Shown: positions 52,411 to 64,000 of the stretch, in pieces | Layout: every line of letters begins with the position of its first letter | Numbering within the stretch: the first letter of the stretch is position 1 | Assembly: GCA_051294905.1 (NCBI GenBank) | Contig: CM119372.1 | Coordinates: 11,720,001 to 11,784,000 of the forward strand | DNA length: 64,000 nt | Origin: Botryllus schlosseri | Lineage: Eukaryota | Direction of reading: 5' to 3' | The notes under the pieces: generated by a model | What the model saw: the letters and a program-made list of their open reading frames with translations, nothing else | Told to the model about the DNA's origin: nothing | Databases searched by the model: none | Translations under genes and position numbers: made by a program

Positions 52411-54958
52411 ATACTAGTAATATATCTCTGTTCTATTAACTGCTCACAGTGCCCAGCGCCCACCTTAACCAACCCTCTTGTATGATTTAAATCGAACGAA
52501 TATCGTTCATACGTTTATAATTGTATATCATGTATAGGTGGGTATGTAATGCACCCTATCCTATTTTCAACTTTCTGAGGTTTCTTATTTTATCCTATTG
52601 ATACTTGTTAGGTACTTGTACATACCTAACTTTCCGACTGTTCAAAACATCCTATTTGCACGTCAGGATTGGAATTTTCCGGTCCTGATATCAAAAGAAC
52701 GAAAACAACCAGTTTAGCTAATTATCGAGTGATCGACTGCATGGTGTCATGCTCGAACTACAAATGTATGACTAGTAGCCTAAGTTTATTGTTTTGACAT
52801 TGCCTACCACACAGAGAACCGGATCGAGCTTGCATCGTGACTTCCCAATATCAATTATCGCAACAATGCAATTCGCTTTGCTACCTTTACAGACCTCGCT
52901 AACGAGGTGACGTCATGTTTTAACAGCGGCCATCACGGCGTTTTAACTTCATCTTTTTGTGGCAACCCGCGTGGCGCGTGTATTGCGCATATGCGTACAC
53001 ACCCGGCATCATGAAATGAAATAATCGCCACAAAACGAAGCAGAATTGAGAGCGTCTGACTGTGAAACTAGACGCAATAGCAGTGTCGAAATACGGTTGT
53101 AAAACGTACATTAAAACTTACACGTAAACCAACAGTCTATCGGTAGTCAACCACTGTAGGGCTGTACTTTACGCACATCGAAGTTTTCACTACATAATTA
53201 CAATGAAAACTTCGCCGATTACCGTTGCCGTGAGTTGGAGCTAAGGTCACGAGATTATTGACGTGAATGCCATTGAGAATTTCGACTACTTCAAGAGCTA
53301 CGATTCATTACCGATCTGGAATAATCATGTGTCACAATTTCGTGTCAAACGATATCGGCATCAAACGCGACGACCAGTTAGTTGACGCTTGTTACAAATT
53401 ACTCAATACGACGGAGCTGAATCGTACCAAACACCGAATAAGCGGCGTGTTACCATTCGGTGTCGACCGCGCGATTAATCAGCGATCAACATTGTTCGCA
53501 TGAGCCATTCAATCCAATTTTCGGAAGCGCCCCTTGCTACACCAGATCGCCATGAAAGTATGTTCACCTGTTGACACCTTCGACAGGAAGAGTCCCGACG
53601 TTTCCCCTGCATTGTAAGGCGTCGAACGATCGTCGTTTGCGTTCAAAACGAAACCGCAAAGTCTTCCTGTCACCATAAATCACGCGAAAATATGATTTTG
53701 CTGTCAATATGTCGGACTTTTTGGCACCTTCACGCGCATATGTGTACCAGGCGATATTAATCAAGCTAGCTAGCTAATCACGGATTATTCAGGGTTTTTG
53801 TTTCTGTCAAATTACTTGTGATGATTCGGTCACGAATGGGTTTACCTGAGCTTATACTTAGAATTGGACGACTGCCTATTTTTCTAGACAAGCAAGACTC
53901 CACACACGCGTATAAGATTGGGACGTAGCAATTACCTAAATAGTGATATTACGCATAGTTACACATTTGCTCTGGATTGATCAGTATTCTGGCAAACCTT
54001 CAGTTAATCTTACAAGATATTGCAAAAGACTGCAACATTTAAATACAATAACTTTCAAAATCATAGACAGAAAAAATACGATATACTTACCTCTTTCATT
54101 GCAACTAAAGAATATGATTCATTCCCGACTATAGGAGTTACAGGCTGATCAAATATTAACCAAGACTGTCGAAAAACATCAGTGTGATCTTTACTCTGTC
54201 AACGATACATATGCTGTTCCAAGTTGAAGATATGGGAGATCTTAGGTTGGATTCCTACACTTGCACTGTGCTTACTTAGGTGATTCCAGACGTCACTGCT
54301 TGCATTTTTTTTACTTCAACTTCAACAGTTTTTTATAGAAAAAACACCTTTTCCCGTCATGGTGGGCATATATATCGGATAAATTAATGTGGATTTATTG
54401 GGGAAACGTCTTATTCAGTGATTCTTTAGAGCTGACACCGTGAGTGTCTACGCCTTTCACCGTGCTGAGAAATCATTGGTGATTTACCATCACGATTAAT
54501 ATTTAAAATGAACATTTCAAATCTAAATTTAATGACGTAAGACCAGTTAGGAGACTATATGATGTTTAATTTTGCTGTTGGCATATAATCTGAAACAAAT
54601 TGTGATGTAAAACTATTCTACTTTATTTGAGAGTCAGTTTAACATTGTTGTTGTTGCAACAAACATTTTCATTGGTCATTTTACACCAGGCCGATATTCA
54701 TACTGAATAATTATTCTAGAGTTGAATACTTTCGATTTAGGCTCTTTAAAGATATCGCTAATGTGAATCGGATGGCGAGCCTCAACCTTCAACACTCACA
54801 GCCTTGAGCTCCGTTTATCGATTGTTTAAAATTGAAATATGTTATAAATAGAGGAAAGTTGTAGTCCAAATTTATTCTATGCGGACAGTGAGTATAAGCG
54901 TTGTAAAATCTATTATCGTTGAAATCTATTAAAGACGACAAAAAATAGAAAATAAATA

Positions 54959-55105
54959 CAGTCGATTCCGCGTAATTCGGACACCGGATAACCCGAACAA
55001 CCGCTGTCTTCGGTAAAAATGTTTGAGAACGAAAAAAAGAGCAAAAATTGCATTTAAAAAACTCCCATTAATTTGGACAATTCTCCCGCTTGATCGGACA
55101 CAGGC
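54959..55105. mobile_element. Possible pogo/Tigger-like terminal fragment
   Basis: TA followed by CAGTCGATTCCGCGTAATTCGGACA, with repeated (T/A)TCGGACA-like motifs. No second end found. Confidence 0.35.
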
Positions 55106-55428
55106 TCGCAATTCCTACATTCCTAATACGTTCGCAATTCCTAAATTCCTATTGCTAGGTTTTAACGCAATGAACAGTACTTCGTTCGTTTTAACGCATG
55201 GGTAGAACTAGGGTTGTCTTTAAAACAAAAATCCATTTAAAGCAAACATCTTTAAAACATGGCCCTTGTTTAAAACATGTTTTTTATTGGTTTTTGTTTG
55301 TTTTTCTAGTCATAACGTCACTAATCTTCAATTGTGACGTCTCAGTGGATGGGCATTCACCATTGAAAATATTGGGTAAATATTAGGGATGATGTGAACC
55401 TCTGAAAGGTTCAGGTTCGTGTGAACGC

Positions 55429-56703
55429 CAGAGGTGGTCAGTAACGAAGTACTTCTACTTTTTCGAAGTACTCAAGTAGTTTTCCTCTACTTCTGGTACT
55501 TACTCAAGTAGATCTGGTTTTCGCTACTTCTACTTGTACTTCGTAATATTTTGTGATCTACTTACTTACTTTTCGCTATTTTCAGTTTGTCAAGTAGAAG
55601 TAGATTAATCCTCCATTTATGAAGATAGCCCAAGGAGTTTTTGGGCTGTTTTAACGGAGTATCAACATCAACATTTAATTTTCATAAAAGTTGACGAAAG
55701 CCCAGAATTTTCGTCGCGCTTCGCGTTCAGTGAATACGGAGTAGCCAGCATGATTTTACGAAAGTATCGGTGAATATCATTTAAGTAGCGGGTTGGCGTT
55801 GTTCCGTCCACTCCGCATTGTCGCCCTTCGCCCATATTAAATATTTCCTCACAGTATATATGGCTCATCATCACGTTTGAAACTGGTGTTTCGCAATCTA
55901 GCATTTACTTATCAAATCGTAATCTAGCAGTCCATGGCGTTTCCTAATCTGGAAAAGTGGATTCGAACTTTTTTTTAGCTTTAGAGCTTAGCATACCACT
56001 TTCTGGACTAAAGACATGAAATACATTTTCCGCTTTTAGAAGTAGTATTTATATTTCACTTTCAATTGCCAGTATCATATACTCTGAGTTCTAATTAATA
56101 TCAAGTCTTTTGTCTCGATAACATACATGTTGAAGTATAAAAGCAAGTGTAGTTAATTTCCGGAAATAAAGCTATATAATATGGCATTTTTACACTCCAT
56201 CATATTTTTTACTAATCGCGCAAAGTGTTTACACTGTATCCAATACAACTTCTCCGTATTGCTTTTCGACTAAACTACGGGCCTTATAATATGGGGGAGT
56301 GCGCGATACCATGATATTTTCCAAAACGTGCTGTTCGATTAAACATAGTACTAGTATCGCATTTCCTTATCAATACTATCATTTTCATCCCATGATGCTG
56401 ACGAATGCTTAGCCTATGCTATCGAAAATTGAAGACGTCCTGGTATGCATCAACATGAATCAAGCTCCGCATCTTTTGTATAGCTCAATTTGCACGTTTT
56501 GACAATCCATGCGAACGATGTACGAACGTATTCACAACTACTTACTTACTTGAGTCGATTTAAAGTTAGTCAATTCTACTTCTACTTCAAGTAGTTTTAG
56601 GTGGCTTATGGAAGAAGTACTTCTACTCGTACTTGAGTAGATTTTTTCGTCGCTACTTCTACTTTTACTTGAGTAGCTTTCTTGACTATTTTGACCACCT
56701 CTG
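55429..56703. mobile_element. Non-autonomous hAT-type element C, inserted in B
   Basis: TIR CAGAGGTGGTCA. Perfect TSD GTGAACGC (55421-55428 and 56704-56711). TACTT/TACTC subterminal arrays. Confidence 0.93.
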
Positions 56704-57303
56704 GTGAACGCGAACCTTTTTTGAAGGTTCTGTGTGAACGCGAACGAGAACCTCATGACGTCACGTGACGTCATATTGCTGATACCAACCCTACATTTCA
56801 GTGAAGTGATATATTAATGTACAGACACGACAGCTAGTGACGACTCGGTCAACATTGTGCCACAATGCTAAAGTACACACTGACTTTTTCAACGTAGCCA
56901 AATGTATCAACTGGGACAATCAAATGATATAATAATCACGTAAAATCAATATCTTCAATCACTATGCCAACAATTTCGACGAGGACTTGCAAGGGAATAT
57001 AAGCTTACGCCTTAACGGTCTATAGGCCTGACCGGACAATATATTCCGCGTCCCAGCATTGCTATACCTGGATATTGAGCAGAGTGTAAAAGTATTTCTA
57101 TCCTTGCTTCCGGTAGTACCTCATAAACAAGTTAAATAGCAGTAGCCAACACCCCAATCGCACGGATTTTAGTTTTTATGATACAATAGACATATTTAAT
57201 CAAGGTGGACCCCGTACGCCTGCTAGATTTTTTTACATTCGACAACAATATCAATTTCATTGATTGGTTGAATACGCGCTATTCGCTGACTATACCTATA
57301 CGT

Positions 57304-58660
57304 CAGGGGTGGGCAATTATTTTCCTCCGCGGGCCAAATGAGAAAAATAAATGCGCCGGCGGGCCGGATAGAAAATGTTAGCTATATTCTCCAGCGTATT
57401 TTAATTTTATTTCTAAATTACATTGTTAATAAATGTTGCTCTTAAAATGTGTTGATATTAGGGAATGAGAAAGTGACGGTTTAAAAAATATATATTTGCT
57501 GTCATGATTCGAAACAATGTTAAACATGATGCATTTTAGCTCTCTTTAAACCCCTATCCACGTTCTTCCATAAATAATCTAAAGCAGTGGTTCTCAAACT
57601 TTTTAGGCACGTCTCCCTTTATGATAGTGAACAATTTTGCGCCCCCTTATCATGATATCACAAAATATTATAAACTGCAATAAGAATGCTAGCAATCCCA
57701 ACGGATAGTTTGATGGCATTGGAGATTATGGCTGTTGATGAGCTAATTATGAAATATAGAAGTCTGACAATACACAGAGCAACAGCCATAAGCTCTGGTA
57801 TATCGCGCCGGGCGCGAATTTTTTTTATTGAACTGCGGCTTCGCGCCACCCTTCTGATGCATTCACGTCTCCCAGTTCGAGAACCACTGCACTGAAATGT
57901 ATATGCAATAGTACAAAGCTTATTTTCTTGGTCGCTGCCTTCCGAGCAGTGTGCAGCTTAAATAGCCTTTATGTTGAGCGAAGCTTGCAGTTTTTTTCTG
58001 AAATTCACCTTTCTTGACCGAGTGTTTCGTGTTTTTATCATAAGACCGATTTCAATTAAAATTCTTAATCTCGGCGACATGCTCGGCAGAAACTGAAAGG
58101 AATGGTTTACCCCTGACTCCAGTAAGCGAATATTTAGTGCTCTAAATTCTAAACCTAAACCGTCTTTGAATTTCAGTTTTCGGCTTTCTTTTTTGGTAGG
58201 CCCGTTAATCTTTTATGGGTGATAGATATGATGAGTCATAGTAATCGCGAGCACTGATTAACTTGTTTTACGAATTAATGATTTGTAAACATATCACGTA
58301 ACAAATTAAAACACATACCGTATAACGCGTATTGTGACAATGGCAACAAAGTAGGTTTGAACTAAACTATATGGAAAGAGTGATTTCTTGACTTCAATTA
58401 CTACTCATACTTTGCAACATTGCCTTTATTTCGAATCTGGAATACGCATGCCAGGTACGTAGGCAGCGTAATCGTGGCATATGAATGAACACTGAACAGG
58501 CTTCAAAGTAAACGAATTTCCTGTTCATTTGATACATCCTATGGTTTTGGTCATTCAAAAAGCAAATTTATGTTCTGAATTCGAAGCAACCGTTCGCGGG
58601 GCGCACAGAATAGCTTCGCGGGCCGCATTTGGCCCGCGGGCCGCACTTTGCCCAGGCCTG
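57304..58660. mobile_element. Charlie/Buster-like non-autonomous element D, inserted in B
   Basis: CAGGGGTGGGCAA...TTGCCCAGGCCTG termini with GCGGGCC motifs. TSD CTATACGT / C-ATACGT (one-base gap). Confidence 0.8.
57585..57889. mobile_element. MITE family E, inserted in D
   Basis: TIR CAGTGGTTCTC...GAGAACCACTG. Homologous to 2556-2863. TSD not recognisable. Confidence 0.82.
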
Positions 58661-59303
58661 CATACGTGTAGCGTATTTCGCACTTGATATTGTGTGATTG
58701 CGGGTTAAGCTCACAGCAGAGAGTCACTAAATATTCACAAACGGAAGACTGGATAAATCGAGCAAACTTTTGTAACAAAACAAGTAAAATTTTTGAGATT
58801 GTCAAGGGGCATGCTTGGCTAGTGTTGATTTTTTATGCTGCCAGCGTTGTTGCCCGCGGATGAAATGCAATTAATTTCAACGGAAGATTTTATAATGACG
58901 TGAAAAATTGTAGTATATGAAAAAGGTTCACACTGCAGAACCTATACCAAGGTTCGTTTGTGAACGTGAACCTCTAAATTTCTGAGGTTCGCACACAGAA
59001 CGCGAACGTCAACCTCACGTTCACACCATCCCTAGTAAATATGACTCCTTCGACGAGAAGGACTTCCTACCACTGTCATAAACAGACCAAAAAACATCTC
59101 TAACCTGGACTACGTCGTTAAGTAGCATTTTTACGGTCGGCGGTCATCATCATAAGAACATCCATTCCGTACCAATAATATATATATATATAAAACTTGC
59201 TATAACTGTCGAACCAACGACGATTTCGAGGGTGCAGCCATCACTCCATATCGTATATACGTCCACTATATTGGGTGCAAATCGTCCATTGGTTCATACT
59301 AGA

Positions 59304-59706
59304 TAGGGTTACGATACGTTCTCTTATAAGAGGATTTGTCCTCTTTTTTCAATAAATTGAAAGTGTCCTCGGAGGACGCCTGAATATCCTCATTTTTGGG
59401 AATATGTCCTCTTTTTCTCAGAAAATGATTAAAATGGCATGAAAAATGTGACAATGACGCAGCGAACGTCACTGTTTCGTAAAAATCGGGTAAATCGGGA
59501 GCCGATTCTAAATGTCGGCCTAATTTTTAGTGAATACCACACACTATCGTAAAAAATCGAGTCAAAGTGTTTACCTTTTTTTTTAATCAAAGCAGTATAC
59601 TATTGTTTGAAAATTTTTCAAAAATACTAGTTTTCTTGTACGGTGCTGGAGCTTTCAGAATTTATGAAAAGTGTCCTCTTTTTAAGATCAAAATATGGTA
59701 ATCCTA
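59304..59706. mobile_element. MITE family F, inserted in A copy 8
   Basis: TAGGGTTACGATA...TATGGTAATCCTA termini. TSD ATACTAGA/ATATTACA (6/8). Ends are homologous to 12008-12385 in inverted orientation. Confidence 0.85.
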
Positions 59707-60079
59707 ATATTACATGTTCATCGAAACTATCTACACAATTGTGGCATAATTATACATTATACAACGTTTGAAAAAACAACAATTTTGTTTTTTCAAAAAG
59801 GCATTTGTATAAAACACTGTTTAAAACATGTTTTAACATGTTCGAAAATATCTTTTTTTCGGACTCCTGCCATTCACTGATTAAATTGTCAGGTTACCAT
59901 GAAAAACGCTGCATACCAAATTTGGTTCAATTCTAACAAGTATAAGCCGTCGCAGAACAAATTAAAATTTTTAATTTGTTAGGAAAAATCAAAAACAAAA
60001 TTTCAACCCCATGAAATTGTGGAGTTGTCTTCAAAGACGATGCAAAACAAATTTGTCTCAATTCCAACTAGTAGAAGCG

Positions 60080-60168
60080 GAGTAATTCGAGTTTTTCGTT
60101 GATAATTCTCGGATTATCCCCCAATCAAGGATAATCCTAGAATTATCAACGAAAAACTCAAATAACTC
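60080..60168. repeat. Hairpin: 40-bp inverted repeat with 9-nt loop
   Basis: GAGTAATTCGAGTTTTTCGTTGATAATTCTCGGATTATCC versus the reverse complement of 60129-60168, with 3 mismatches. Confidence 0.92.
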
Positions 60169-60184
60169 AGCTTATAACTTTTTC

Positions 60185-60310
60185 ATATTTGTTAAAGATG
60201 TTCACTCTCATAATACAAGATCATCGTCAGAGGATAGTGTGTAACCTACCCCACCCAATCGTAACATAGCTAAGAGATCCGTTGACTATTCAGGGCCCAT
60301 TATTGGGAAT
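60185..60310 (+). mobile_element. Relic of a LINE ORF2 C-terminus
   Basis: Translates VKDVHSHNTRSSS and, after a break, RNIAKRSVDYSGP. The H-x-(Y/H)-N-T-R and Y-x-G-P motifs are typical of CR1/L2-group ORF2 ends (pattern recognition only). Confidence 0.5.
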
Positions 60311-60880
60311 TTGGTAGCACAGTTGCTGTATGACGATGTAGGCTACGTTTTATTTTGTATCGTAATATTACCACCGTTGCCTACTTGGCCCTGACATTGC
60401 TTCGAAATTTATATGCGTGTTACTATCACCTAATTTTTTGTCATTAACACTTTGCACAGCCAAATCATGTATAGCAGGGATGTCAAACATACGGCCCGCC
60501 AGATGATTTCAACCGGCCCGCGAAGCAATTTCGAGTGGATTGAAAAATGCGTGCACATGTCTGAAAAACGTTGAGATTTTTACTAAGAAATACTTCAATT
60601 ATATATTCCCTGAAGACAGCAAATGTCGAGAATATTCATAGGTCACTCTATATAAACACCATACTGCCTAGTTTCTAGTCAGCATTGGGAACAAGTCGCT
60701 GACATTGACACCCAATTACGAGAACGCAATAAATTGCATATTGAGATCAGAGTTTTTGACTAATTGATCAAAAACGAGTTATTCACAGAAGCGGTAACGC
60801 CAATGCGAAACCCTTATAGGCAGGTTACATAGAGAATATAATAGTCACACAGAAATATAAATTGAAATAGTGTGTAGTCG

Positions 60881-60913
60881 CACTACACACACACACACAC
60901 ACACTACACACAC
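60881..60913. repeat. (CA)n microsatellite
   Basis: cactacacacacacacacacacactacacacac. Confidence 0.95.
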
Positions 60914-62122
60914 GCTGTAGCGCTTTTCGCCTATTTTGTCATTTGCGCCACGACATTATTTTCAGTAATTTCAGTCCATCAGGTCTTTGTAATGTTTCGG
61001 ACGAATTCCATGCTCGCTCTCTTTCATCATCGGTCTCTCCCGTTTATCATGCGCCCATAGCATAAACTTGGCGCATTCGTATTGCGGATGTTCGGTCGAC
61101 AAGGCGGATTTTCTGTGAACAAGGAGGGTTTCCTTGCCATCAAAGCATTACGATCCAACCCTGAGATTCACATCACCAAAGCAGACAAGGGATCCGGTGT
61201 TGTCATTCTAAACAAAGCTGACTACATTTCGAAAATGGAATCATATTGCATGACGAAACTAAATTTATCTCGCTCGGTTCGATTTCGGAATTCGATAACA
61301 CACAAGACGACTGGCAAACCGTCTGCTGGCCTTGAAGAAAAGCGATGTCCCAGCAGCAGAAATATACAGTGTTATCAGACCAACGGGGTCGAAAAGACCA
61401 CGCATGTACGGACTGCCAAAAACTCACAAAGACAATGTCCCAGTGAGACCTATACTTTCCATAATCGGGTCTGCTCAACATCAGCTGGCAAAATGGCTTA
61501 TTGAAATCTTGGAACCTGTTCGGGAAATGTACGGCACGGAATGTGTTCGCGATTCGTTCACTTTCGCTGATGAAATACGAAACCTGGGCTTGTCGAATCC
61601 AGACGTGTTTCTGAGCTCATTTGATATCTCTAGAGTCTCTTTGCGAACGTTCCGCTGCAAGAGACTATTGATATTTGTACCGACGCGCTGTACGGTGGTG
61701 AGGTACCAATTGGTTTCGGAATTCGATAACACACCTAAAATTGAAAGACGAGTGAAAGACGACCACCACTATCAATCCCACGTAACGTCTTCGTTGAGCT
61801 TTTACAGGCTACAACCTGTTCCGTTGAGTTTAGCTTTAACGATGTTATGCTTAGACAAATAGACGACGTAGCGATGGGTAGTCCCCTGGGACCTATTTTG
61901 GCTAACATTTTCGTAGGATATTATGAGGGCTAGCTTCTCTCCCAGCGTGAGTCCGTCAAACCACTGTTGTACCTCCGATATGTAGATGATACCTTTTTCA
62001 TATTCAGGAATGAGTCGGAGTGTTATCAATTTCTCAATCTCTTAAACTCGCTACACCCGGCCTTGCAATACACAATTGAAAAAGAACGCAATAACTCACT
62101 ATCATTTTTGGACGCCTTAGTC

Positions 62123-63150
62123 CAGTGGTTCTCAACCCTTTTTCCTCCAGCGCCCCCTTTCAGAAATTACCGTGCTCTAGCGCCCCCACACTCACCCCCA
62201 CCCCATATTGTAAGGAGTGTAATAAAGACAATTTGTAAGAGGGAGGACCGTAACAGCACTTCGTCAGTCCCCCTAAAAACGATTGTCTTGGGCACCCATA
62301 GCGTGATAAACCAAACTTCTTGGGGCTTAGTCAGCAAAGTTTGTGTGGCCTGGTCACCCTAGACGCCGAATTTTTATATAATGCATGAACGAATAGGTGA
62401 TAATTGCATATATATGTCGCTACAAAGTTTTTATCCTCTCTGCCCACGTAATCAGATTTACCAGTAGCGCTGAGTGAGCTGTTGTCTTGGAAAATGAACG
62501 CCAGGTAAAATTAATAATTGAACATATTCGGACGTGCCCGTTGGTACAAATTACTTCATTACATGTTGTTATTTTGTTACCTCTTGTCCGCTATATAGTC
62601 AAAGAATATTGAAACGCATAATCGTATTAAACTTAAGTGAGTACACGGTTCAAAATTGGTATTTATTTACAGGCAAATAATTTTTGTCTGATTGATGTTA
62701 TTTGTCCTGTGGGGTGCAGATTGCGACAATATGACAATTCGGCACGAGCGATTTAAGCACCTAAGGACAATTTGACTTATGTACAGCGAAGTTTACGGTC
62801 AACAGAAGGACAATCTTCTTCGGCTAAGGTTTTCTCGCTGACGATCTTTATGGCTCACTTTTCGGGGTCCCATATTCGCCATAACTTCATATGTCTTCGT
62901 GCATCGTGGCGTGGTAATGGCCGACGCCGAATTACCTATTTCTATTTTCTATGATTATGCCTATTTTTTCGTGGGGGATTCGTCAAAACTTGATGTGTAA
63001 TTTATGTTCAGTCACCGATATAATTTAGGGCACCCTTCGAGCCCATTCTCCCTCAATTGGGGGTATGGGTTGCAGCAGTTTCGGTCCTGGTAAGAGGTCA
63101 AAGTCCAGTCGGTCTTTCCGGGACTTTAGTATTGTAAATATTTCACACGA
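62123..63150. mobile_element. Insertion interrupting the Penelope-like RT, starting with an hAT-type end
   Basis: The RT frame is lost right after SFLDALV, where CAGTGGTTCTCAACC begins. The right boundary is approximate and no matching TIR was seen. Confidence 0.6.
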
Positions 63151-63877
63151 TCACAATGCAAGTTTCAAGGCATAGAGGGGAAATTGACGCAATTCAACGC
63201 AGAAAAGTCATCAGAGCCGAACGAACGAACAACCAAAGATGTTTATATCCATCTACCTTAGATTGGTCTCATTTCCACCCGCTTCGAAAAACGATTGATT
63301 TCTGCGGTCAGTAAGTGTTACGACACAGTCAAAACCAATGTGATTTTTAGGACTACACAAATGCTCCCTTCAACACGCAAAGACGTGCTCCCCGAACTTC
63401 AACAAAGTAATGCAGTGTACGAATATAAGTGCCACTGTGGTTGTAGCTACGTGGGAAGAACTTCAACGCATCTGCAGGAACGCATAAACCAGCATGTCCC
63501 CAGATTTATCAGAACACGTGCATCAGGCTCGGTGAAAAGCTCACCGTTAACTCATCCGCTTAAGCTTGATGCTGACCGATCAAAGGCCATTAGTTCTGCC
63601 ATAGGCAAACATCTGTTAGATAATCCGATTTGTGCGAATAATTATCGAGATTGCAGATTTCGTGTCGTTGGGAGGGGCCGTTCACACTTCCATTTGTGTG
63701 CCTTGGAGTCGACTTTTATCAAAATACACCAACCGAAATTCTGTCAACAAAAGGAGTTCGTGTACCACCTAAAAATAGTACATTGAACGCTTTCTCATTC
63801 GAAATTTCATGCTGGTGACGTCATATTTTGTGATACGATTGTTGATATACAATGTTCTTTCCAATTCTCTGCTAGTT

Positions 63878-63921
63878 GCTGACGATTACCCCTGACGAGT
63901 GTCAGCCGAAAATATTCGGGT
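63878..63921 (+). ncRNA. Minimal type I hammerhead ribozyme motif in the Penelope-like 3' repeat
   Basis: Stem I ACCC (63888-91) / GGGT (63918-21). Core CUGACGA (63892-98). One-bp stem II G63899-C63907. GAAA (63908-11). Palindromic stem III AAUAUU. UUC cleavage triplet ending at 63917. Confidence 0.75.
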
Positions 63922-64000
63922 TCATTTCAATATGAATATATTATTCAATTGTATATGGAATTTCTGTACCTCCAAGAAGCTATTCAGCTTGAACTTTGTA

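Larger units (their letters stand above)
55384..59034. mobile_element. Non-autonomous hAT-type element B, inserted in A copy 8
   Basis: TIR TAGGGATG(A/G)TGTGAAC. Perfect TSD GTAAATAT (55376-55383 and 59035-59042). GTGAAC/GGTTC subterminal repeats. Confidence 0.92.
55209..59840 (+). mobile_element. MITE family A, copy 8 (long form), split by nested insertions
   Basis: Segments 55209-55383, 59035-59303 and 59707-~59840 rejoin colinearly into the family A long form. The right TIR is missing. Confidence 0.85.
61100..63990 (+). mobile_element. Decayed Penelope-like retroelement (reverse transcriptase plus GIY-YIG endonuclease)
   Basis: Motifs occur in order across frameshifts: KADKGSGVVILNKADY, PRMYGLPKTHK..PVRPILS, SSFDI, QIDDVAMGSPLGPILANIFV, YLRYVDDTF, EKE..NSLSFLD, then VYEYKCHCGCSYVGRT..LQERINQH (GIY-YIG). 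There are in-frame stops and an interruption at 62123-~63150. Confidence 0.95.

Noticed and set aside
33326..64000. miR-10, expected 5' of Hox4 in many bilaterians
   Set aside because: No match to TACCCTGTAGATCCGAATTTG was seen on either strand by eye. A BLASTN or Infernal search is needed to confirm the absence.

Overview
Eukaryotic, AT-rich, repeat-dense animal genomic DNA, probably from an ascidian or other invertebrate chordate (inference from the gene architecture). The only host gene I can support is a minus-strand Hox4/Deformed-class homeobox gene. It has a YPWM hexapeptide, a homeodomain split by an intron between residues 44 and 45, and the KDNKLPNTK paralogue-4 signature. Beyond the ORF track, I found a 59-nt GT-AG mini-intron (27452-27394) in the last ORF. 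Splicing it shifts the frame into a further open exon (27393-26741; 581-aa protein), while retaining it also reads through without a stop (449-aa protein). About 200 nt are therefore open in two sense frames. The flanks hold many non-autonomous TIR elements with 8-bp target-site duplications (hAT-type), including a multi-layer nest at about 55.2-59.8 kb. A decayed Penelope-like retroelement (RT plus GIY-YIG) lies at about 61-64 kb. Its 3' repeat carries a minimal hammerhead ribozyme motif that recurs, identical, on the minus strand at about 47.0 kb. No second homeobox or miR-10 was seen by eye. All analysis was manual, and the ends of degraded repeats are approximate.
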